This document shows, one piece after another, positions 9,201 to 17,622 of a stretch of DNA of 64,000 nt. Numbering within the stretch: the stretch's first letter is position 1; the number at the start of each line of letters is the position of its first letter. Where the stretch lies: IMG/VR virus record IMGVR_UViG_3300032893_000008, positions 1 to 64,000 of that record; one strand, written 5' to 3'. The translations under genes and the position numbers were made by a program. This DNA is from a virus. The notes under the pieces are model-generated. The model made no database searches. It saw nothing but the letters and a program-made list of their open reading frames with translations, and was not told where the DNA came from.

Positions 9201-10642
9201 TCAGCGTTCGTGAGCGCCCGAATGGAGCGCGGATCGATCGCAGCACCCCCGTGGTAGAGCTGGACGTCGACGCCCTGATGGTCCGCACCTTCAGCGGTAG
9301 ACGTGATGTCCGCGGGCGTCGTAGCGCCTTTGGAGCCACCCCGGATGATGGTTTTGGCCGTGCCGCCCGTGAGCGTAGCATCGAGCGCCAGACCACCGGT
9401 CGTGCCGATGTCCGCGGTGACGGTGCCCGTGACCGTAACGGGGTTCGTGATCGAAGTAACGGTCCCGATATTCCAGGTGCCAGATTGGGTGGCCGGCTGC
9501 GGGGTAGTGCCCGTCGGGTCGACGCGAAGCGGGGCGCCGGCGGTAGCGAGTTCGGTGCCAGTGGCGGACCGAAGATTGGTGTGCAGCGCTCGCTTGGCGG
9601 TAACCTTGGCAACGCCGGCCTGACCATCCGTTAGATCCGTGCCAGTGTCTTTGAACTCACCACCAATGGGCGTATACTGGCTGACGCCTTCAGTGAAAGC
9701 AGCTTCATCCATAGCTGCAGTCCCGTGAGCGCCGGCAACCATCTGGAGGACATCAACCTTGAGGGCTTTCTGACCGCCGATGGTAGAAATACCTACGGTG
9801 TCTACACCATCGGTGACCTGAGTCTTAGCAGTGCCGCCGGTAAGGGTAGCATCCAGAGCGAGACCGCCAGTGGTGCCGATGTTCGCGGTGACCGACCAGG
9901 CGCCGGACTGGGAAGCGGGCTGAGGCGTCGTCCCCGTCGGATCGACGCGAAGGGGGGCACCGGCGGTAGCGAGTTCCGTGCCGGCCGTAGAGCGAAGGTT
10001 GATGTGCAGCGCTCGCTTGGCCGTGACTTTGGCCACGCCGCCCTGACCGTCAGTCAGGTCGGTGCCGGTGTCTTTGAACTCACCGCCGATAGGCGTATAC
10101 TGGCTGGTGCCTTCGGTAAAAGCATTCTCGTCGGTGTAGGCGATACCCGTGCCGCCTCCGCCACCGCCGCCGCCTACGGTCTGGACGACATCAACCTTGA
10201 GGGCTTTCTGGCCACCGACGGTAGAAATGCCTACGGTATCTACACCATCGGTGATCTTGGTAGCCCAGGCGCCGGACTGAGCGGCCGATACTGGCACTGG
10301 GTTGCCGAGTGTAACGGGGTTGCCAGCGACCTTCAGGTTAACGCCGATCGCACCAGTGGCGTCCATGACGAGCTGGTTGGTGCCGTCACCGATACGAGTT
10401 ACGTCAGGGCTAACTCCTTGATCCGATAGCTGAACATTCAGATTGCCAGCGGTGATCGTCGCACCCAGGATATCCACCGGGAGCGGATTAGTATCGCTGA
10501 CTGGCGCCCCATTTGATTCCGTTACGCTGACGTAGCAAACGGAGCGATTCGCGACCCGTTCTGCTAGATCTATCGCGGAGTTACGATAATTTTCTACCGT
10601 TTCGGGCTGCGAGAAAGGATCATGAAAGCGGGTGAAGGACAT
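6293..10642 (-). CDS. Large repeat-rich fibre-like virion protein
   Basis: 1449 aa, G/T/A/S/V-rich; repeated modules WLGSTAPTVGQKTMANS, SITNVVHVDDNAGSLT, QSGTWNIGTV. Confidence 0.65.
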   Translation of the reverse strand: MSFTRFHDPFSQPETVENYRNSAIDLAERVANRSVCYVSVTESNGAPVSDTNPLPVDILGATITAGNLNVQLSDQGVSPDVTRIGDGTNQLVMDATGAIGVNLKVAGNPVTLGNPVPVSAAQSGAWATKITDGVDTVGISTVGGQKALKVDVVQTVGGGGGGGGTGIAYTDENAFTEGTSQYTPIGGEFKDTGTDLTDGQGGVAKVTAKRALHINLRSTAGTELATAGAPLRVDPTGTTPQPASQSGAWSVTANIGTTGGLALDATLTGGTAKTQVTDGVDTVGISTIGGQKALKVDVLQMVAGAHGTAAMDEAAFTEGVSQYTPIGGEFKDTGTDLTDGQAGVAKVTAKRALHTNLRSATGTELATAGAPLRVDPTGTTPQPATQSGTWNIGTVTSITNPVTVTGTVTADIGTTGGLALDATLTGGTAKTIIRGGSKGATTPADITSTAEGADHQGVDVQLYHGGAAIDPRSIRALTNADVVSAEVTKWLGSTAPTVGQKTMANSIPVTIASDQSIAIVARDRDIFGASVGTTRLNQVEVKLDTGTLSSLVTLTNTGTGSAAIANGHAVFQTGVGVTSSSKGVSLANTSYRPGNETYVEFTAAFTTPTSASSYQRIGLYDASNGFFVGYEGLSFGITKRSAGVDVNVPQASFNGDPLDGSAGSAFTRGGVLEAVDKTLSNLFRIRFGWFGSAPIIFEILSPDGAWIVFHTIRQPNTSTLPSVQNPDLPITLDVSKTASDATNLQITTACWSAGTTGEVITLTSTLTDQSLARLSRSALVGRSTAGGGTWIDVLVDPAGSLTSDITSWGGTATSLGQKTMASSVPVTLASNQSALPVSQSGTWDIGTVSTVTTVTSITNVVHVDDNAGSLTIDTSQLPSSLVGGRLDANVGAWLGSTAPTVGQKTMANSLPVSLASDQSALAVSQSGSWTVTAAGSKTNNSAAPGANNLGALVAVANAAAPTWSEGNEVLLSVDLAGNQRVLATNGAGAAAVNIQDGGNSITVDGTVTANQGGAPWSVSQSGTWNIGTVTSITNVVHVDDNAGSLTIDNVNLDAALSTLATSANQTNGTQKSIVRGGAKGATIAADVTSTPSGANHQILDVAVYDASGNQITTFGGGQQYADGTARGTATGTLMMVDDGVNIQSASGDSNGRLNVNVRGDKTNNNAAPGATNVGALVAIANAAAPTWSEGNEVLLSTDLSGRLRSDVSSWLGSTAPSVGQKTMTNSIPVVIASDQAAFPVSQSGTWNIGTVSTVTSITNVVHVDDNAGSLTVDNNGTFAVQAAQSGNWNVRLTDGTNSITKTFDLDSGAGTEWNIGVNLRLTANGGSIEAIGQKAMASSIPVAIASDQSTLAVSTKTALTPSAPASASVGIASGTAVAANASRKGLTLVNTSNKTISIAFGANAAVLGSGISLLANGGTFVMDEYTFTTQAVNAIAGGAASNLSIQEFS

Positions 10643-10660
10643 GCCGGACCAATTTTACCC

Positions 10661-10689
10661 TTGAACGAACCAAGCTTTCGCGGTAGTAT
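10661..10689 (+). promoter_or_regulatory. Sigma70-type promoter, leaderless transcript
   Basis: TTGAAC-17 nt-TAGTAT, 6 nt before ATG 10696. Confidence 0.7.
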
Positions 10690-10695
10690 CAAGGT

Positions 10696-10860
10696 ATGGA
10701 CAACGATAACGGTCTGGAAGCGCTCTTCAAGGCCATCCATCTGGAAGCGGCCTACCACGTCTTTTTCGCCGGCACCTGGGACGGCAAAGCGAAGGCGTGG
10801 AAATACTACCCGCGCGAGAAGTTCACCCCCTGGCACGCCGCGATGTTCCCCGGGGCCTGA
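10696..10860 (+). CDS. Small hypothetical protein (54 aa)
   Basis: MDNDNGLEALF...FPGA directly after promoter. Confidence 0.55.
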   Translation: MDNDNGLEALFKAIHLEAAYHVFFAGTWDGKAKAWKYYPREKFTPWHAAMFPGA

Positions 10861-10861
10861 A

Positions 10862-11080
10862 GTGCTGAACTTCATCAAAAAGGCGAAGTTCAAAGCCCAG
10901 GAAGACGTGCGCTGCAAGTGCCATGAGCACTGCGACGCCACGCTCGTCATCCTTACGGTCCTGGAATACGAGGATCACGAGCCTATCTACGAAGTCCAGC
11001 ACAAATACCACGTGCTGAAAGACCCGCACTTCGTGGAGGAGTCAAGGATCGAAGCGATCAAGGGGTCGAAGCGACGATGA
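10862..11080 (+). CDS. Hypothetical protein
   Basis: GTG start; 3' part of track ORF 10622..11080. Confidence 0.5.
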   Translation: MLNFIKKAKFKAQEDVRCKCHEHCDATLVILTVLEYEDHEPIYEVQHKYHVLKDPHFVEESRIEAIKGSKRR

Positions 11081-11382
11081 ACTGGGAGAAGAGGAAGGCA
11101 CGCAAGCAAAAGGTCAAGGAAGCCCTCAAGGAGGAGCTGACGATCGCCTTCAATTTGTGCGATCAGATGAAGCTCCTCTTCCAGAAGACTCCCGACGGCA
11201 ACATCGTTCTCCAAGGGGACGAGTGGGATTTTTTCATCGAACTGATGGTTTCCGGACTCATCGTGAAGGACATCGTCGATCTCGATGAGTCGGATTGCCG
11301 TTGCAAGCTAGACGCCCTTATGACCCAGGGGTGCCAGTGCGGCGCCATGGGGGAGGAAAAGAAGAATGTCCAGTCGACGTAA
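11077..11382 (+). CDS. Hypothetical protein with C-terminal Cys cluster
   Basis: ATGA overlap; CRC...GCQCG. Confidence 0.6.
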   Translation: MNWEKRKARKQKVKEALKEELTIAFNLCDQMKLLFQKTPDGNIVLQGDEWDFFIELMVSGLIVKDIVDLDESDCRCKLDALMTQGCQCGAMGEEKKNVQST

Positions 11383-11665
11383 GGGGATCTACGATCAGGT
11401 CGCCTACATCCTAGCGCACACTCTATCCGTGGAAGAATTCAACGCGCTAGCGGAAGCAGAGCGCACGGATGAAGTCGCCGGGCTCTACTGGGCACTGCGC
11501 GAGGTCCAAAACAGCGTCGTTACCGTGCCCGGGCGAGTCGTAGAAGTTGTTTCAGAACAAAAAGCCACTGTGCCGTGCAAGGCAGAAGGATGCGGTTGGC
11601 ATGTCTTTCCATCCGACACTGTCTGTCCTGGCGGACATCATCAAAACCCTGGGTTGACGGAATAG
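11366..11665 (+). CDS. Hypothetical protein with zinc-ribbon-like tail
   Basis: GGAGG SD; CKAEGC...CPGGH; stop overlaps tRNA-Leu. Confidence 0.55.
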   Translation: MSSRRKGIYDQVAYILAHTLSVEEFNALAEAERTDEVAGLYWALREVQNSVVTVPGRVVEVVSEQKATVPCKAEGCGWHVFPSDTVCPGGHHQNPGLTE

Positions 11666-11731
11666 GCAGACGTGCCGGGCTTAGAATCCGGTGGTGGAAA
11701 CATCGTGGGGGTTCGAGTCCCCCACTCAGGA
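11648..11731 (+). tRNA. tRNA-Leu(TAG)
   Basis: CCTGGGT/ACTCAGG acceptor, loop CT-TAG-AA, long variable arm, no encoded CCA. Confidence 0.9.
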
Positions 11732-11733
11732 TC

Positions 11734-11807
11734 AGGCGGTTAGCTCAGTTGGTTAGAGCGTTTGGCTTACATCCAAAAGGTCGTCAGTTCGATCCTGACA
11801 CTGCCTA
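11734..11807 (+). tRNA. tRNA-Val(TAC)
   Basis: AGGCGGT/ACTGCCT acceptor, TTTGG-CTTACAT-CCAAA. Confidence 0.9.
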
Positions 11808-11823
11808 AAAGGGAAGGAAAAAC

Positions 11824-12189
11824 ATGGAACTCCTCGACGAAGAGATCTACGACTACAAGAAAGCTTTCGGCTCCAAGAAAACTGAAGCCCCTGCCGGCGG
11901 ACCCGCTTGGTCAGCACAGGTAGCCGCCCAGGCCCTGGCCGATGCGGGCCCGGCCGAGGAAGATTTTCCCAAGAGACCCCGAGAAAAGGAAGCCGGCATG
12001 ACTTTCGAAGATCTCCTGCGCTCTCTGCTCAAGATGACGCCGGAGGAGCGCGAACAGCCGGTAAACGTGTTCGATTACGGTCGCGACTCCTTCTTGGGCG
12101 GATTCGCAGTCTGCGCCGAAGGATGCCCGGCAGTGCATTTCACGGTAGAAGGTCCGATCGCCGAACCCATCACTTCCAAGGAGAACTGA
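11824..12189 (+). CDS. Hypothetical protein
   Basis: GGAAGGA SD; possibly two fused small genes. Confidence 0.55.
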   Translation: MELLDEEIYDYKKAFGSKKTEAPAGGPAWSAQVAAQALADAGPAEEDFPKRPREKEAGMTFEDLLRSLLKMTPEEREQPVNVFDYGRDSFLGGFAVCAEGCPAVHFTVEGPIAEPITSKEN

Positions 12190-12191
12190 AC

Positions 12192-12806
12192 GTGAAAAAC
12201 AAGCCTCTCATCGAAACGATCTTCGCCGTCCTCTTCATGCTCCTCGCAGTCTTCCTGATCGTCGGAAGCCATGGCTGCGCCCAGCATTACGACGGCCCGA
12301 CGTGCGCCGACGCGGTCATCAACCCCGATCCGAGCTGCGCATTCACCCCCGAGAAGCCGACCTACCAGACGATCTCGCTCTCGGTGATGCACTTCACGCT
12401 GACGGATACCCTCGGCGTGCCGGCGATGACCAGCGACGATCCCGTGGACGATCCGCTCCACTACCCGGATGCCTACCTCCAGGCCAACGCTTCGGCCCTG
12501 GGCGAGCCGGACTACGAAGCCGGCATCCCGGCAGGCCCGATGACGTCAGGGGGTTTCAAGGCGTGGCTGCTGGCTTCATCCAGTGCCTGCGGGATCGCGA
12601 TGACGAACACCCCGGAGCGCCTGTTCCCGAACGGTAACCACGACTACACCTACGCTTACGCGCTCCTCTTGGGCCGGAAGCCGAAGTTCGAGGAAGCGAT
12701 GATCCTGACGACGCTCCAGGGGCAGTTCCCGGATCCCGTCCGCGGGGAGGCTGCGGTCTGCACGTCCATCCTGAATTCCCTTGAGTTCATGGACGCAAAC
12801 CTGTAG
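12192..12806 (+). CDS. Putative lipoprotein
   Basis: AAGGAG SD, GTG start, basic N-terminus, hydrophobic stretch, GSHG-C lipobox-like site. Confidence 0.6.
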   Translation: MKNKPLIETIFAVLFMLLAVFLIVGSHGCAQHYDGPTCADAVINPDPSCAFTPEKPTYQTISLSVMHFTLTDTLGVPAMTSDDPVDDPLHYPDAYLQANASALGEPDYEAGIPAGPMTSGGFKAWLLASSSACGIAMTNTPERLFPNGNHDYTYAYALLLGRKPKFEEAMILTTLQGQFPDPVRGEAAVCTSILNSLEFMDANL

Positions 12807-12935
12807 GATACGACCATGCTCACTACTTACCTCGTTCAGCGTCTGGATCGAGCGGAAAGTCCTCTACCCTCGACTTGTTAAGGTCGACAACAAAGCCTGG
12901 CTGGCTTCGGAAAAAGGAAAGAAGCGCGGCGATTA

Positions 12936-13018
12936 GCTCTGGTGCCGGAACTGGCAAACGGAGGGCACTCAAAATGCCCCGCCCAAAAAGCGTGAGAGTT
13001 CGAATCTCTCCCAGAGCA
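12936..13018 (+). tRNA. tRNA-Leu(CAA)
   Basis: GCTCTGG/CCAGAGC acceptor, GGGCA-CTCAAAA-TGCCC, long variable arm. Confidence 0.9.
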
Positions 13019-13021
13019 TAG

Positions 13022-13096
13022 CGGCCTGTAGCTCAGTTGGTCTAGAGCTGGCGCCTCATAAGCGCTTGGTCGTGGGTTCGAATCCCACCGGGCCGA
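13022..13096 (+). tRNA. tRNA-CAT (elongator Met or Ile2)
   Basis: CGGCCTG/CGGGCCG acceptor, GGCGC-CTCATAA-GCGCT. Confidence 0.85.
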
Positions 13097-13333
13097 TCAA
13101 CGCTTCCAGGTCAGGCGCAAGAACGCTTCGACGCCCAGGCCACCGATCCACCGCTGCAGCTTGACGTAAGCGCCCTTGGCGGCTAGGTTCCACTCGGTAG
13201 CGCTCGTCAGCCCGCCGGCGGCTAGGCCGAAGGGTGGCTCGTAGAGCCCTTTGCCTACATGGAACTCGATGTCCAGGAACCATACGCGCTTGATCAGCTC
13301 GTAGTAGAAGGTCTGGGTGGGATAGTCTTTCAT
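13097..13333 (-). CDS. Hypothetical protein
   Basis: GAGGA SD, 78 aa between tRNAs. Confidence 0.55.
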   Translation of the reverse strand: MKDYPTQTFYYELIKRVWFLDIEFHVGKGLYEPPFGLAAGGLTSATEWNLAAKGAYVKLQRWIGGLGVEAFLRLTWKR

Positions 13334-13344
13334 GCGTCCTCGTA

Positions 13345-13416
13345 TACCCCTGGTAGGAGTCGAACCTACATCTCAACCTTAGAAGGATCGAGTTCTGTCC
13401 GTTGAACTACAGGGGC
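13345..13416 (-). tRNA. tRNA-Arg(TCT)
   Basis: GCCCCTG/CAGGGGT acceptor, loop CT-TCT-AA. Confidence 0.9.
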
Positions 13417-13422
13417 TTTTGT

Positions 13423-14532
13423 TTACTGAATTGAATATTCGAAGCGGATTTTTGGCAATTCCTCTACGCGTTTCAGGTTTTCTAAAGAAAACTGCTCTTG
13501 TTCTTTCCTACCGGCGGCTTTCGCTCGATTCCATACCTGGCGCTTATGAATTCGCTGACCCTCCGGGGTCTCGTAATGGTAATTAGGGCTGGTAAATCCA
13601 GTTTCCACCCAGTTCGTGGCCTTATAGATCGTTCCAGCGTGTCCTTCGGTGGGGTCAGCAAAGCTTATCACCTTGCCTCGAAAGCCGGCCTTTCGAAGTC
13701 GACGAAGACATTCCCCAAGAAAACGACTCGCGGTATTCTTAGGGGTTCCGTCGATCAGGAAAAAGCGCGACAACTCCAGGTCAGCCTTGATGTTTTGTCG
13801 TGACGGTTTCGAGAAAGCACAAGTCCCTACAATTCGATTCTTGTAGAAGAGAGACCATCCAAACTTTACCCCTGGACAACTGCCAGAATAGTGTAGATCA
13901 CGAATTAAATCACGATCGCAGCCATCTCGGATCTCGAAATCCGTAGCCAACAGCCAGGTGAGCTGTTCAGCGTGCTTGAAGCGAAGGCGTTCCTTTTCCT
14001 CTTCGGAATACAAATCAACAAAACGCTTCTGGTTGTTGCACTTACCGCACAGCAGCGTTAGATTACCGGGCACCAAGTAGCCACCGTCTTTTAGGGCCAG
14101 GTGATGATCGATATCCAGGTCATCCGGGCTACCGCACTTGAAACAGACTTGACCAAACTGGAATCTCACTCTATCCAAGAAAGAAGAGTCCAGCCAGCCT
14201 CTTTCGCGTTCTCGCCGAAGCCGAGCACGCTGGATGTAGGATTCCTTGTTCTTCTGGTAGTGCTGGTGAATAGCTTCCCGGGCCTTCTCTCCATTTGCCT
14301 GCCGATAGGACCGCATGTAAGCAGCGTTTCGTTGATTCTTCGCTTCGCGATTCTCGGCTATCCATTTCCTTACCCGAAGGCGCGCATCCTCGGGAGCGGA
14401 CCAGTAACTGCGCTTACACTCAGCCTTGTTGCACTCAGAGCAATTAGGATGTCTCGTCCCTTTGGACTTATTCTTGAAGCGAAAGCTCTCCAGGGGGAGG
14501 GTGCGCTTACACCTACAACAGATACGATCCAC
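13423..14532 (-). CDS. HNH endonuclease fused to Mom-like (GNAT) DNA-modification domain
   Basis: CFKCG..DIDHH..GG..NLTLLCGKCN HNH; C-terminal LHYSG, ELSRF, KNTASRF, SFADPTEGHAGTIYKATNW Mom motifs; GTG 6 nt after TATAAT. Confidence 0.75.
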   Translation of the reverse strand: MDRICCRCKRTLPLESFRFKNKSKGTRHPNCSECNKAECKRSYWSAPEDARLRVRKWIAENREAKNQRNAAYMRSYRQANGEKAREAIHQHYQKNKESYIQRARLRRERERGWLDSSFLDRVRFQFGQVCFKCGSPDDLDIDHHLALKDGGYLVPGNLTLLCGKCNNQKRFVDLYSEEEKERLRFKHAEQLTWLLATDFEIRDGCDRDLIRDLHYSGSCPGVKFGWSLFYKNRIVGTCAFSKPSRQNIKADLELSRFFLIDGTPKNTASRFLGECLRRLRKAGFRGKVISFADPTEGHAGTIYKATNWVETGFTSPNYHYETPEGQRIHKRQVWNRAKAAGRKEQEQFSLENLKRVEELPKIRFEYSIQ

Positions 14533-14560
14533 GGGGGAATTATACCTGAAGCCACAAATC

Positions 14561-14590
14561 AAAAGCCCCTAGTTTTACCTAGGGGCTTTG
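14561..14590 (-). terminator. Intrinsic terminator after capsid gene
   Basis: AAAGCCCCTAG/CTAGGGGCTTT stem with T tract. Confidence 0.75.
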
Positions 14591-14616
14591 ACGGATTGTC
14601 TAGATCAGACAGTCGC

Positions 14617-16065
14617 TTAGGCCGCGCGACCGATGTTCTGGTAGATGAAGTGCTTGCGCGGGGTGTAGACGATCAGGGTTCCGTAGAGCACCTGGAGCCA
14701 CTCGAAGGACGCCGCGACGGTCGCGAGGTTGATCTTCGAAAGCGGAGCCAGCTGCTTGAAGGTGATCGCCTCGGGATCGAGGTAGAGCAGGAAGCTCTGC
14801 GCGCGACCCGGGAGCTTGTTGCCGAGATCGGTGAAGGTCGTGTTGGTGCCGGCCGCGGCCGCCACGTAACCGATGAACTTCTCCGTGCCCGCAGCGCCAC
14901 CGGCCTCGGAACGATAGACGGCGTAGTGCGTCGCACCAGCTACGTTCGTGATGGTCAGGGTGCCGTGCTCACCAGCCGCGATCGCGTCGGTAGCCGAAGG
15001 ACCAGCCAGGGACTCGCCGTGCTCGTTGCACGCCGCGACCTTGTAGCGGTAGGTGCCGGCCGGGATGTTGCCATCGGTGCCGGAGTGCGCGGTCGACGGG
15101 GCCGCAGGAGTCGTCGGGACCGAGCTGTTGTCAGCCTGGGCCTTGGAGAAGTCCTTCGGACGCAGGAACACGTTCGGCTGGAGGGCGAAGTCACCGGCGC
15201 TGGACACCCACTGGCGAAGCACGAAGCCCGCGCGGCCGTCCTGGACGCCCATCTGGTTGATGCGCTCCTTCGGGAAGAAGGTGCGGCTGAAGTCGGACAG
15301 AGACTTGGGATCCAGGTTCAGGGTCACCGGGATACCGAAGTTGTTGAGGATCGAGACCGCACCCTCTTCCATGTCCTCTTCGGAGAGGATCGAGTCGGCC
15401 TGGTCACGGATCACGGAGAGCGAGCCGCCGTAGCCGTCGAACGCCACCGCCTGGACCTTCACGTCGGTATCGCCCTGGCGGATCTGCTGATCGAGGCCGT
15501 TGATGGCCAGGGTCTTGCTGGGGATCGCACCGGGGTTGCCGTCGAACGCACCCGAATTCGAGAACGCGCTGTTCCCGAGGTAGAGTTCGCGCTCGATGTT
15601 CTGGAGCAGCCACATGTTGCCGTTGTTGATCTCACGGGCAACCGCGTCGCCGAAGGCCACACGCACCAGCATCATGGCGTGGGAAACCCGACGCCGCGTG
15701 CCGAAGTAGCGAACGGCCTGCGTTTCACGGTTGTAGTTGCTGTCCTCTTCACGCGGCGAACCACCGTCGTTGAAGTAGGGCGAACCGTTGCCGCCGTAGG
15801 CAGTCACGCGCGAGTATTCCTCGACCGTGTTGAACGCCTTGTCGACCGGGATGCTCGGCCAGAGCACGAGGTTCTTCATCTGCCACGTGGTGGACTTGAG
15901 GGATGCCTCAAGCGACTCCACCATGAGCGGCGCCCCGCCGGCGAACTGCCCGGGGGCTCCAGAATAGCCGTAGCCAGGGGTCAGGGCCTTGTTAAGGGCT
16001 TCGACCTCTTCGCGGGAAGCAATTCCCGAGACTCCGTCGGTATTACCGTAGAACACGCTGTCCAT
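14617..16065 (-). CDS. Major capsid protein (SPO1/Twort-like, with Ig/Fn3-like insertion)
   Basis: GGAPLMVESLE, AFNTVEEY, LLQNIERELYLGN, YRYKVAACNEHGES, QLAPLSKINLA, LYGTLIVYTPRK; strong codon bias. Confidence 0.85.
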   Translation of the reverse strand: MDSVFYGNTDGVSGIASREEVEALNKALTPGYGYSGAPGQFAGGAPLMVESLEASLKSTTWQMKNLVLWPSIPVDKAFNTVEEYSRVTAYGGNGSPYFNDGGSPREEDSNYNRETQAVRYFGTRRRVSHAMMLVRVAFGDAVAREINNGNMWLLQNIERELYLGNSAFSNSGAFDGNPGAIPSKTLAINGLDQQIRQGDTDVKVQAVAFDGYGGSLSVIRDQADSILSEEDMEEGAVSILNNFGIPVTLNLDPKSLSDFSRTFFPKERINQMGVQDGRAGFVLRQWVSSAGDFALQPNVFLRPKDFSKAQADNSSVPTTPAAPSTAHSGTDGNIPAGTYRYKVAACNEHGESLAGPSATDAIAAGEHGTLTITNVAGATHYAVYRSEAGGAAGTEKFIGYVAAAAGTNTTFTDLGNKLPGRAQSFLLYLDPEAITFKQLAPLSKINLATVAASFEWLQVLYGTLIVYTPRKHFIYQNIGRAA

Positions 16066-16104
16066 TGTCTTCTTTCCTCGTCGTTCCTTCTTGAACCGAA
16101 ATCC

Positions 16105-17178
16105 TTAAATCACACCAGCTCGCTTCGCGAATGCGTAAGCGTCTGCATCCGAGGGAGCGCCTTCGATGCGCGCAACCACGAATCTGTCCTTGATCACACC
16201 CGACTTCTGAAGCTCCTGCGCCTTAGCGGCCAGCTGAGACTTCGAAAGACGAGCCTGCTCGACATCACCTTCGCTCTTTTGGAGCGGAGCGTAGCCCTGC
16301 ACTGCCTTCGGCCGGCCCGCGGGAGCTTTGGCCAGACGACCGATCTGATCGCTGAGGCCCTTCACCAAGTTCGTGAGCTGCTCGATCTGAGCGTCACGCT
16401 TGGAGATCTCCTCGGTAAACGTCTTGCGGAGCGCTTCCGTCTCCGACTTGGCGAGATCCTCGGCCGCCTTGATGCGGGGCTCCAGGGTCATCGGATCCAG
16501 GTCGCCCAGGTCGTCGGACTTGGCGAAATCTTCGCCCTTGCCCATCTCGCCGGTCATCCCGATCTTGGCCATGAACTTGTAGAGAGCCTTCTCGACAGCA
16601 GCATCCATCGCGGGATCGCCATCTTCGCCTTCGGCGCCTTCCTGGCCACCAAAACCGCCCTCTTCGCCTTCCTCGCCACCCTCTTCTCCCTCGGACTCAT
16701 CGCCTTCGGGAGCTTCCTCGGACTCGCCAGCTTCGGACTCGCCAGCTTCGGACTCGCCAGCTTCGGACTCGTCACTCTCGTCCTCAGCGCCGGCAGACTT
16801 CTCGTCTTCCTTCGCCTTGAAACCGGGAGGGACAGAACCCTTACCATCGCCGTCGGCCTTGGCGACCGCTCCGTCTCCGTTGGAGACCGGATCATTGCCC
16901 ATGCCATCGCCCTTAGCGGGCGCGGACTTCAGGGGGAGCTTCACCTCGATACCGAGAGACGTGGGCTCACCACCCATGCCGTCCTTCGGCGCACCCTGGC
17001 CAACGCCAGCGGGCTGGAGCCCACCTTTGTTGTCCTGGGACGCGAGGGGATCGCCCTGCTCATCCTCGGACAGCTTCGCGTCGACCGGGCCGAGGTCGTT
17101 CTTGACCACGGCTTCGTATTCGTCGAGAAGCTCGTCGATCGCAGTCTTGAACATGTCCATGTCGGAATGCTTAGCCAC
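16105..17178 (-). CDS. Putative scaffold / head-internal protein
   Basis: Acidic low-complexity plus coiled coil, directly upstream of capsid, many xxKS sites. Confidence 0.6.
   Translation of the reverse strand: MAKHSDMDMFKTAIDELLDEYEAVVKNDLGPVDAKLSEDEQGDPLASQDNKGGLQPAGVGQGAPKDGMGGEPTSLGIEVKLPLKSAPAKGDGMGNDPVSNGDGAVAKADGDGKGSVPPGFKAKEDEKSAGAEDESDESEAGESEAGESEAGESEEAPEGDESEGEEGGEEGEEGGFGGQEGAEGEDGDPAMDAAVEKALYKFMAKIGMTGEMGKGEDFAKSDDLGDLDPMTLEPRIKAAEDLAKSETEALRKTFTEEISKRDAQIEQLTNLVKGLSDQIGRLAKAPAGRPKAVQGYAPLQKSEGDVEQARLSKSQLAAKAQELQKSGVIKDRFVVARIEGAPSDADAYAFAKRAGVI
16721..16770. repeat. 15-bp tandem repeat (about 3 copies)
   Basis: GACTCGCCAGCTTCG repeated, encoding ESEAG. Confidence 0.8.
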
Positions 17179-17187
17179 GTTAGTTCC

Positions 17188-17586
17188 TTACGCGCCCGGG
17201 TTCTCGGAGTGACCGGCGGCCGTGCTGGAAACCGCACGCATGACGATCAGGATTCCGACGCCATCGGCGTTAGTCGGAGTAGCATCAGGGGTGATGGTCA
17301 CCGTAGTGCCAGAGACAGACGCCTGAGCACGGGAGGCCGTGGTCATGCCGGTGTTCTGGAGCGTGAGCACGAAGACAGCGATATCGCCGGTCTTCGCATC
17401 AGCCACGGTAACGGCAGTGGTCGCAGCTGCGGCGAGAGTCACCGACTTGCAGGCGATCACGGCGAAATCCATAGGGGCGAGCAGGTCGCCCAGGCGCATG
17501 TTGGTGGACTCGGTCCCGCCGCGCAGCCCAGGAACATTCTTCCAGAGCTGGTTCAGCGAGTTTTTCATCTTTGCGGTCATGCCCAT
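17188..17586 (-). CDS. Putative head structural / decoration protein
   Basis: Thr/Ala/Val-rich, in head cluster, GAGGA SD. Confidence 0.5.
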   Translation of the reverse strand: MGMTAKMKNSLNQLWKNVPGLRGGTESTNMRLGDLLAPMDFAVIACKSVTLAAAATTAVTVADAKTGDIAVFVLTLQNTGMTTASRAQASVSGTTVTITPDATPTNADGVGILIVMRAVSSTAAGHSENPGA

Positions 17587-17622
17587 TGGCGTTTCCTCGT
17601 AGGGAGTGGCTTAAGCCGCCCC

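Noticed and set aside
6293-10642. Diversity-generating retroelement or CRISPR explanation for the repeats
   Set aside because: The repeats are in-frame protein modules with no regular spacers and no evident adenine-specific mismatch pattern; no reverse transcriptase or cas gene in the window.
12816-12936. Short ORF fragments before tRNA-Leu(CAA)
   Set aside because: Two short frames without a clear RBS; probably a remnant, too little support to call.
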